In this document: one piece after another, positions 24,901 to 33,988 of the stretch
How positions within the stretch are numbered: the first letter of the stretch is position 1
Layout of the letters: each line of letters begins with the position of its first letter
From: Lingula anatina
Lineage: Eukaryota; Animalia; Brachiopoda
Direction of reading: 5' to 3'
Length of the DNA: 64,000 nucleotides
Assembly (NCBI GenBank): GCA_051362555.1
Contig: CM120640.1
Location: 248,001 to 312,000, forward strand
Notes under the pieces: generated by a model
Databases searched by the model: none
What the model saw: only the letters and a program-made list of their open reading frames with translations
What the model was told of the DNA's origin: nothing
Made by a program: the position numbers and the translations under genes

Positions 24901-27900
24901 TCGGATTCCTTACGAAAAATCCGAATTATAGAAATGCGCATTTTGGCAACTGTAGTGTGAACGGGGTATATGATAATCTCTGGTATTAGTAAGGGAAATG
25001 GTTTCTGTTCCACCATGTCTGCAGGTAGAATTGTAAGGACCGTAATGTTGATCTTGGAGTGAGATCTGTGGTGTACTGCACATGGGAATACTAGGAGACA
25101 GCAGTTTGGGTGATAAAAAGACATCCTACATCAACTACAGCTCTAGGTATCTACAATGTGTATCTAACATGTAGATATATGTCTGCTACAGACTGCCTGA
25201 TATGTCAGTATAGACATTTGTATTTTGTTTGTTTGTTATCTTTTATCCTGGCAAATAGATAAAAAAAATTCCTTATCACCAGAAAATGTCAATTAGCAAA
25301 AGTAGAACTAATTTTAAAATCTGAGAATATTACCAAGTTAATGGAAGAGATGGTTTTGTCATCAGTATTTTAGGGCCATACAAACTACTGCCACATTTAC
25401 ACCAGAGGCCCATCATTGTAAAGTTTTAGATCAAAATCAGGATAACTGATAGAAGTCCAATGAATTAAAATACTCTGCCTGTTTTATAATAAGAGAAGAG
25501 AGACAAGGTTAAAGTTTTAGACCAATACTTATTTTATTGTAGTTGACTACCATACTTTCATCTTGAACTGATAGTTGACTAAGTTACTGATAATAGACAT
25601 TGTGTGTAACTGGACCCAGGACTATGTTTGAGTGGAAATTAGTTCAAAAAAAAATTAATAAATAAATAAAACATAGCTGATAACTTGAAGAGCCACTTAA
25701 CAATGGTTTTAAACACAGTTCATTCTTCACCCATCAGGTGTGATATTTCATCTGATATTTATTATAAGTTTAACAGAATATGTGGTGTTTCAGCCATACC
25801 TAGACTTTTAGCTTGGGGTCAATGACCTTTAACACCAGATATGTATCTTCCCAGCCCCAGATCAGGTGAGGTATTTCTCAGGTGTGAGGTGGTCTGGTCA
25901 GGAAGAGAGATGACCAATAGAATTTGGAGTCATTTTAATACCAGGACACCAGGCACTTGAAAGTACACCAGTACTCTGTGCGCCTCTAACCCATTTACTC
26001 TGGTTATATCATAGGTGGCACTGAAAATAGGTCAGAGACAGCTTTCTTATTAGAAATATGACCCGAAAACTGGTCCAGAGCTTTAGACCATATATTGTGT
26101 CCACTTCATTGGGGAATCCACAACCAAGGAAGTATCACCTTATTGGAAGAATTGTCTATGATTGGAGAGTGGGAATTAGCCCCTAGTCCAGTTTTACAAG
26201 TTGACTTTCTGAGGGCTTGTATTCAAGGTAATATTTATGGGCCAGTTTGGATTGGTCAGAAAGGGGGTAGGACTCTCAATGATAATCAATGTCTGTGCAT
26301 TTTACAACTTTTGATACTCTGCTGGATGAAGACCAGTAGATGAGATTATATATTGTACCTGTAATTTCACCAAACATTATGTTGGACTAGATACTGGTCT
26401 TGAAGATATACGATGCTACTTCTGAGGCCTTTGAACTTGCAGACAGATTTCATTGCCTGAGAAAATGCTGGAGCTTGTCCGGTACACATGGTTTTTATTA
26501 GAACATAGTTGAAGGCTTTATAAGCTGACAGACAGGGCTCTTATCACTGAAGATGTGTTCAGGTTGGGGTTATACTAAGACCCCATTCCCAGAGATTAGA
26601 TCAATCCAACTAGATCGACTTAACTCCCTGGGGGTTCACGCTGAATAGCTGCCAGCCGAGCGGGCACGATAGTTAATTACCCCCTTACAGCTTGTAGTTG
26701 GCAGGACGGAAATTTAAGATGGATTATCTGACAGTAATCTAGTGAGACTCTCCACGGAGATAGATCTATCTAAAATCTATGGGAATGCGCCCTAAAACTG
26801 GACCATCACCATGTGGTTGATATCTTGAAATCTTGTGGCATTCCCATCTGCAGCAGAGAGCTCCCCCCCCCCCCATCCCCACCCCTCAACCCCACCCCCC
26901 CTAACCCCACCACAGACATCACATCCTAGACAGATCAAATAAGTTGATAGTACATATTTTACAGAGTGGTTTTAGAAAACAGCTGGTCTGAATACAGAGT
27001 TAGTACTATATGTTGCCCATGTTGTGGTGTAGTAGGCGAGATATGTCTTACCACAGCATGTTGTTCTCAGTGAGGTCTATTCATGAACAAGACAAAAACG
27101 ATTTCTTTGTGACTGTCTCATCAACCATATCAAGGATAATTTAAGTAAACCCTGAGAACTAGAGTGAGCAATTGCACATTTCCCAGACTGTAGAACAAAA
27201 GAATGCTTGGTAAAGAAGAAAGGTTTTTTTGTCTCTCAATTTAAGCATCAGGTGTATTACTATATCTGCTAAAGAAATTGGAGAAGTGATGGGTTGAATG
27301 ACCTTCACTAAAGGCTTGCTTTGTTTAATATTGTATTTCATTGCCCATATTTATATTGTAGTGCATCTGTAGCAGGTACTTAGCTGCAACTTTTTGAAAA
27401 AAGGAAAATTCCACAAAAAACAAGAATTGTGACATTTAGCAATCATGTTTAATGGTTCTACTTTCAGCCAAATAGGCTAGAAGTGGTATCTATAATTTGG
27501 AAGGTTAAAAGTGGTATCTATAGTGATAATTTGGTGTATTCCTTGTCGCAATATTTGTGCATTTCGAGAGTTTACTCTATATCAAAACTGATTTTGGTCA
27601 TGTAGACCAAAAGACAGCAGAACCCCACCCTGCCCACATCACATGCTCCTTGGTACAAAATTATCAAAAATAGTAATAAATCTTTTTTATAATTACATGC
27701 ATTTTAATTGCAGAGAATTAATAAGAAGGATAGAACTCAAACACATACCACATGTTTCTTGTTTTCCTAATTTATGATATGTTTTATTCTAATTTGAATC
27801 CCAGAAGATCCATATCTTGTTTGAGATAGCCCTATTTCATTCATGATTTCAGAATAAATGATACAGATTTCACTAGATTTATTTTAAGTATAAAAACATG

Positions 27901-28913
27901 CTTCATGTCCCTTTCTTATTTCCTTTTTTGTTTCAGAAATGAAAGAGCCAGAGCTGTCGGAGCCTCTAGATGATAACCAGCCCCAGGCAGAAGAGGATCT
28001 CGTCGACCAGGCAGGGAATTCCGACCCCAACATGGTGGGAGTGGACCCCGGCATGATGGCCGACTCAAACAGTCCAAAACAGACCTTTGTTCCCTGCAAA
28101 GTATGTGGAGACAAAGCCTCAGGGTATCACTATGGAGTGACTTCTTGTGAAGGATGTAAAGTAAGTACACACTGTGTTAACTGACTATATATGTGAAGAC
28201 AAAGTCTCAGGGTATCACTATGGAGTGACTTCTTGTGAAGGATGTAAAGTAAGTACACACTGTGTTAACTGACTATATATGTGAAGACAAAGTCTCAGGG
28301 TATCACTATGGAGTGACTTCTTGTGAAGGATGTAAAGTAAGTACACACTGTGTTAACTGACTAAATGAACACTGACAACTTAATAATACTGGTATGCGTG
28401 CAATTGCTTAGTCACCCTTAATGTAGATGTTTTTGCAGATTTTAAAAATGGTTATAATGCAAGTGTTAGGGTCATATAAAAACATCGAGTCACATCAGTG
28501 ATAAATAAGTAGGGAAAAAAACATAATTCCTAGTTTTGGCAGGTGTCCCGATATTAGTGCAAATATGCACCTGAAAAATCTCTTCACTATGCCCTTAACA
28601 TGTAATTTGTGGTTAGAGTTTTAAAATGCTACGTCATGACTGGTTCACCAGTGCATATTTCTGTTTTATTTAGTAAGGGCCGGGGCAGTATCATATGAAA
28701 GATCTCCCTGCTTCTACGCCAATAAGTATTACATAAAGGAAATTTATTTGAAAACTGACTCCATCAGAATCTCAGCATGCCTTACAATTAATAGGCATGG
28801 TATTTCTAAGCTTCCTGCATTACACTACATTGGCGATATCACAACTGAAAAAAGATTTTCAGGAAAGGCATTAGGTACAAATATGCTTGATTTCTCAAGG
28901 TGAAACTATATAT

Positions 28914-28949
<36 letters not shown>

Positions 28950-29834
28950 TGATCATTTTACCTTTAAATATTATGAGTCCAACAGGACGCATATGATATT
29001 GAACAATGGGTCCCTGCCGATTGTGATGGGTCCCTGTCATTTTGAACAATAAAGGTTACCACAAAACTAACAATTTGTTACTTTTACTTTTTTCAAGTTT
29101 CTTTATTTAAGCGATATGACAGTGACGAGTTTACTTCAGTTCATATAGGCCTATCCGCGGATCTTTCACCATCCCATTACGTTTATTTACCTATGTACAT
29201 GCATCACAATACATGAAATCAGTCCCATCCTCATTTTTTATACCTTAACCAAGCATAGAGCTTTGTCCAGTGTTGTTTGAAGGAACGGATTTTCCTTTTT
29301 GACTCCGTTTTTGCCTCCGTCAAACATTCATCTGTGTCACTCTCACTCTCAGCCTCAACGGCAGTCACAGCGATTACTGTCTCAGAAGTTTTCTCTAACT
29401 CGGCTTGACTCTGTCTCACCTTAAATATATTCTATATTGTCTGTTGGCTACTGTCTATTAATAATTGCTTTTTTCGGAGGCATGGTCGGATGGTCGCTGA
29501 GCAGACAAATACGCTACGGAAAATCTATTTTAGTCGAAAATAGGTCAAGTGTAGAGTGGAGTGTGCAAAGCAGACGAACAGTTTTGCCATTACTAACGAT
29601 TGATATAATTGGCTATTTGATGCGGAAGCTATTGTAACATTCAATACAACAACGGGAAAACGAACATGATTAACCTACTTTAATGACTAGTATTTTATGC
29701 GGATCAGCGATGCATATGGACAGGTTATTTACGAATCTCACACAATTTAAAATCTTTGCGTCCATGGGGACGCATATGCTATAAAACTCTCGTCTACGGT
29801 AAAAAATGTGCGTCAGGGACGCAGAGGTAAAATG

Positions 29835-29867
<33 letters not shown>

Positions 29868-30399
29868 ACAAGCGTGAATGTGGAACAGAGTCACTGAGAT
29901 CTGACAGTCACTACTAAGGACAAATGCATGAAATATATAGGGCTTTGTGGTGGCCAATTTAAGTTGAGATACAATAATCACACCAAGTCATTTAGAGACA
30001 AGAAATATGCTGCAGATACTGAGTTATCTAAATACATTTGGAAATTAACAGAAAATAAAACCCAGTATGACATTAGATGGGACATCATAAAGAAATCAAC
30101 GCCGCAAAGGAGAAATCAGCACCTATGCAATCTTTGCTTAGACGAAAAACTGTTGATAATGATAACACCAGATACTCTGAATAAAAGAACTGAGATAATT
30201 ACCATGTGTCGGCATAAAGTGACGTAACTAACACGGCGTGCGACGTAAGTGTCGTCATACTGTGTATGTAAAACGGCTAATAAAACCATTTTCAAATAAA
30301 CCTCCTGACGATCGGGCATACCTTCTGGGTATGACCGTGAAACTCGGAGTCGGGGTTATTGCATGTCTTTTGTTTATTTATTTATTTATTAATTTTAAT

Positions 30400-30438
<39 letters not shown>

Positions 30439-32099
30439 GCAAGTATATTGACCTAATTAGCTCAGCCTTTGAAAGCTGAAAACACTTTCCAAAACTACAC
30501 ATATGCATGGACCTTAATCACTGCTTGTCTGAATAAAACAGAAACCTTTTGACTGCATAATATGTTTTATATAATCAGCTTTACTTGGATTGATTTAATC
30601 TAAAAGTAATTATGTGTCTTTGCAGGGTTTCTTCAGAAGGAGTATTCAGAAACAAATTGAATATCGATGTCTACGTGATGGTAAATGTCTGGTCATACGC
30701 TTAAACCGCAACCGCTGCCAGTACTGCCGCTTTAAGAAATGCCTTGCAGTGGGGATGAGTAGAGATTGTAAGTCAGGAAAACAATACGGTAGGATCTTCA
30801 ACAGTCCACAGAGGGGGTTGATGGGGGGAGAAATTTATCTGAGATGGTGGGAAATCACGATAAGTGCTAACATTTTGATGATGATTATTGGTTAGTGGGG
30901 GTGGGGGATTAAAGTTAAACTTTTATCTTGATGATAAAAATGTATCTTCCCTTTGAGAGCTGAAAATGTATACTATAACTAATGCATCTATTTTTTGTTT
31001 TCACTCAAAACTGCCTATGATAAAATTTGCAGCATTCTTTGTTTGCAATGAATGAATTTAGATCTTAATAACCTGCCTTGAGAGCTTTTTTTCCTAGTGA
31101 ATAAGCAGGTTCAACTTATATGAATAAGGTGTAGGACCTAAGTGACTCTTCAAACATCCTGCTAATTTCCTGAAATCTCCATCTAAGTGTAGGTATTCAA
31201 ACTATTGTATTGTGGTACAACTACTTTCTGCCTTCCAGCAGTTAGGTATGGACGTGTGCCTAAGAGGTCCAGAAGTACAGAAGAACAACGGGTGACAACT
31301 ACAGACAACAGTGTGGGACCTGAACCCGTGCCCACGACAGAGAGCAAGCAGCTGGCACTGTACGACATCATTCTCACCATTTCTCAGGCACATCATGCTC
31401 AGTCCCAGTATACCGATGACAAAATCAAGGCCATAGTGAAAAAACCAGTGTCTTTGGTGAGTGAGTTGTGTAGCTGGGGTAATGAGTTGTAGTTTGCCTT
31501 GTTGCCCTGGCTTTCTCCAGAGAGCCTTCCAGCCATCCTTTGGACGGCCATTAGCCAGTAAAGGCAGCTGATATTTCCTAAGATGGCTGGACTGCTTACA
31601 TAATTTTTAGCTTGCTTTGGTTGGACTCCTTGGAAATCAATGACCAAATTACAGATTCACATTTTGGACTTCCTGTACCCAAATCCTAGGAGACCCCAGC
31701 TTATTGTTTTCATGTAAGGGAAGTAAATAGTATTAGGTGTTATGATCCTATGTGGTAGAGTCCATAATTGACCATAATATTGACTTGATTAAAAATGAGT
31801 TGGTAAATGTCTGCAGAATGTAAAGGGTTTCACCATTTACAACTGTACCTGCTTTCAGTTAATTGCCCAAGATGGCATTCCTGCCCCTAGTCCTATGTCT
31901 TTGGAAGCTCAGCGGCTGATTGGCTGGCAAAACTTGGCGGTGCTGATGACGCCATCTATACAGAAGGTGGTGGAATTTGGGAAACGGTTACCAGGTAAGA
32001 CTTCAACTGGATATAGTTAAAAGTAATATAAGACCTAACTAATTCTGAGGTAGATGCTATTCTACAGCTATGCAGATAATGAATGTTCCTGGTGCATTC

Positions 32100-32171
<72 letters not shown>

Positions 32172-33988
32172 TACAAGAATAGGACATAGAAATGTAGTTG
32201 TTGAGTTTGTTAAAAAGTCAGAAAGTAAAGTATTTTGCTATGATATGCTTGTTTTCCTTGAATGTTTGTATTTTTTTCTTTAGAATAAAAATAACAACAA
32301 TCAAAGACCAGTTCTTATGAAAGACCTAAATTTGGCAAATTTGTACAAAATATTGCAACCAGTATTCTCAGTACCTCAGCTGTAAGACTGTTGCTAATTA
32401 CCAATTAATGCTAGTGTAAATCTATCAACTTTGCCAGGGTTTGCAGACATTGTCCAGGATGACCAGTTAATTCTGATGAAGATGGGGTTCTTTGAGGTCT
32501 GGTTGACCAGGATTACCAGGATGTTCAACAAGACAGAGCAGACACTGACATTTGGAGATGGAAGTGTGGTGGCCAAGGAACACCTGGAGATCATCTACTC
32601 AGTGAGTTCAGCTGGTTAACAACTTAATTACCATAGAAAGGAGGCACAGGCATCGCTTTGGTTGCCAAATGAGTTCAATGATTGGCCAGTCGTCGGCACG
32701 TAAAGTATTATTTTTTTCACTCTCAAACAGGTTCGTGCTATGGGACCTGTAAAAGGATGCCGTCCAGTGTAAAGGGAGCTTTACTGTACTCTCGTGGAAA
32801 GCTTAGTCAGCTAAGCCAGGGAGCTGACTTAAGTTTTTTGTGAAACTTGGGCCTGGATTGGACTAGTTACCAGAGAAAAAAAAATAACTCACTTATTACA
32901 AGCACATAGAATATAACTGACAAATAAAATGCATTTCATGGCTATTATTGAGATTTTAAAGCCTTAAAATAGCTCATTTATCAAAAATCCATCACGTTAA
33001 AGTGGTAGAATATTTTAATGCATTTTGTGACAATTACTGAGAATTTGGACCCTTAAAACTTAAGCTTAAGAAGTTGTATATTTGATATTGACCTGAAAGA
33101 TGAGTTGGTAACTTCTATAACCAATGCATTTGCTCTTTCAATATAAGTTTGAATATCAAGGACTGTATTGGTTTGTTTCAGTCTGATTTTGTGAAGGCCA
33201 TGTTTGACTTTGCTTATGGTATGAATGAACTCCATCTAAATGACACAGAGATAGGACTGCTCACAGGGATGGTGATTGCCACATCAGGTAAGTACTACAC
33301 TGTATGGGATGACTTGCCCAGTGCTGGGCCCTGTATCTCGAAAGCATCGCGTATTGCGAATCGCTATATCAAATAGAGGCTACAATGTATTATATGGGAC
33401 GAGTATGGGCGAGTTATGGAATCGAGACGCTTGCGCACGGGCAAAATGTGCAATGCTTTCGAGATACAGGGCCCTGGGCAGCACTGTAGAAGTATCAGCT
33501 TCAGATGGTTATGTTTTTATTATTAGCATTTTCTTTTTTAAATGTACATATTTTGTGTTTCAAAACTTGGTTTGGATAGATGTCCAATGAAAGATAAATA
33601 GATGTGTAAAACTAGATATATTGGCTCAGTAATTTTAAATTATGAAAAAAAAGATTAATTCCATGCATGCAGGATGCTGTTGTAATGACTAATGAATGAA
33701 ATCTACCCCAATGTCTGTAATATTCCAGATCGCCCTGGTCTCTCAGACCCCCACGCAGTGGAGTCTATGCAGGATGGGCTGATAGAGGCCCTCAAACTTC
33801 AGATCAGTCGTAACCACTCTGCGGAGATTAACTTGTTCTCATGTTTGTTGATGAAACTGCCAGAACTGCGCACACTGGGCTCGTACCATAACGAACACGT
33901 GCAGTGGTTCCGCCAGCACTGGGCAAGTCTGAAGCTGCCCCCTCTGTTCTCTGAAATCTTTGACATAATCAAAAATGAGGAAGTATAA
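12906..33988 (+). CDS. E78: Ecdysone-induced protein 78 homolog (E78/Eip78C, NR1E) nuclear receptor, about 456 aa
   Basis: Exons 12906-13026 (inferred first coding exon; phase-1 G|GTATGA joins in frame to 27937), 27937-28160, 30626-30767, 31239-31456, 31859-31994, 32438-32601, 33182-33287, 33729-33988. All introns are GT-AG and the total is 1371 nt. The [82 protein letters not shown] and the C-terminal [11 protein letters not shown] are diagnostic of E78. Exon 1 is less certain than the rest. Confidence 0.93.
13623..14066. mobile_element. Fold-back MITE family B, copy 1 (Mutator-like, 9-bp TSD)
   Basis: ggctaaattgcgcaatacgc...gcgtattgcgtaatttagcc; imperfectly palindromic along its whole length; TSD gttttatat at 13614-13622 and 14067-14075. 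Confidence 0.85.
14343..14800. mobile_element. Fold-back MITE family B, copy 2 (Mutator-like, 9-bp TSD)
   Basis: tgtgactgaaatg...catttcagtcaca; TSD ctcagatat at 14334-14342 and 14801-14809; diverged relative of 13623-14066. Confidence 0.85.
17886..17920 (+). promoter_or_regulatory. Triple RORE/RevRE-like half-site array
   Basis: aatAGGGCA (17889), aaagtAGGTCA (17902, a perfect WAWNTRGGTCA) and aaagtAGGTTA (17915); 13-bp period. Confidence 0.45.
20531..20745. mobile_element. Tourist/PIF-Harbinger-type MITE family C, copy 1
   Basis: TIRs gaccccattc...gggaatgtgctc; TTA on both sides; homologous to 22050 and 26579. Confidence 0.85.
21387..21760. repeat. 55-bp minisatellite with an inserted MITE fragment (21457-21596)
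   Basis: Unit gtgaggacattgcctggtgtggtccagtagtgttttggctgtactctatagttca. The insert begins gcccccgtttcacaaaaaaacttaagtc, and a reverse-complement match to it lies at about 32806-32855. Confidence 0.85.
22050..22247. mobile_element. Tourist/PIF-Harbinger-type MITE family C, copy 2
   Basis: tta|gggtgtattcccagag...tctctgggaatggggtc|tta. Confidence 0.85.
24418..24966. mobile_element. TA-flanked non-autonomous DNA transposon (549 bp)
   Basis: TIRs ccccgttcacactac / gtagtgtgaacgggg; TA on both sides; internal gtgtgaacgca subrepeats; CpG-rich within a CpG-poor intron. Confidence 0.85.
25816..25828. promoter_or_regulatory. Perfect IR1 nuclear-receptor element (EcRE/FXRE type)
   Basis: GGGTCA-A-TGACCT equals RGGTCAnTGACCY; lies in E78 intron 1 and not inside any TE I recognised. 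Confidence 0.45.
26579..26792. mobile_element. Tourist/PIF-Harbinger-type MITE family C, copy 3 (reverse orientation)
   Basis: taa|gaccccattcccagag...gggaatgcgccc|taa; interior is the reverse complement of copies 1 and 2. Confidence 0.85.
28102..28363 (+). repeat. 88-bp tandem triplication spanning the 3' end of E78 exon 2 and its splice donor
   Basis: ...cagggtatcactatggagtgacttcttgtgaaggatgtaaa|gtaagtacacactgtgttaactgacta occurs three times; donors at 28161, 28249 and 28337. Confidence 0.95.
28947..29841 (-). mobile_element. Internally deleted hAT-like DNA transposon
   Basis: 17-bp TIRs tagtgatcattttacct / aggtaaaatgatcacta. A minus-strand remnant [20 protein letters not shown] (29231-29419) resembles the TTF-type zinc finger of hAT transposases. 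It sits in a (GATA)n/(TA)n tract. Confidence 0.75.
29904..30399 (+). mobile_element. 5'-truncated Penelope-like retroelement (GIY-YIG endonuclease C-terminus plus 3' pLTR; Naiad-like)
   Basis: TVTT...[21 protein letters not shown]...[10 protein letters not shown]...CNLCLDEK...[13 protein letters not shown] (stop at 30227), followed by a hammerhead motif; flanked by (TA)n on both sides. Confidence 0.85.
30299..30357 (+). ncRNA. Minimal type I hammerhead ribozyme
   Basis: Stem I aacctc/ggggtt; core CTGACGA 30305-30311; stem II cgg-catacc/ggtatg-ccg; GAAA 30339-30342; short stem III act-cgg-agt; GUC triplet 30349-30351. Confidence 0.8.
32102..32167. repeat. (TG)n microsatellite
   Basis: Pure TG run in an E78 intron. 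Confidence 0.95.
33327..33473. mobile_element. 147-bp MITE with CTG target duplication
   Basis: Perfect 21-bp TIRs ggccctgtatctcgaaagcat / atgctttcgagatacagggcc; ctg on both sides. Confidence 0.88.

Noticed and set aside
13408-28363. Both the intron-1 minisatellite and the exon triplication have an 88-bp period
   Set aside because: The units share no sequence similarity; treated as coincidence.
29895-29897. In-frame TGA upstream of the PLE endonuclease as possible selenocysteine
   Set aside because: It lies 5' of where recognisable homology begins (TVTT at 29904), not at a conserved Cys, and I see no convincing SECIS downstream.
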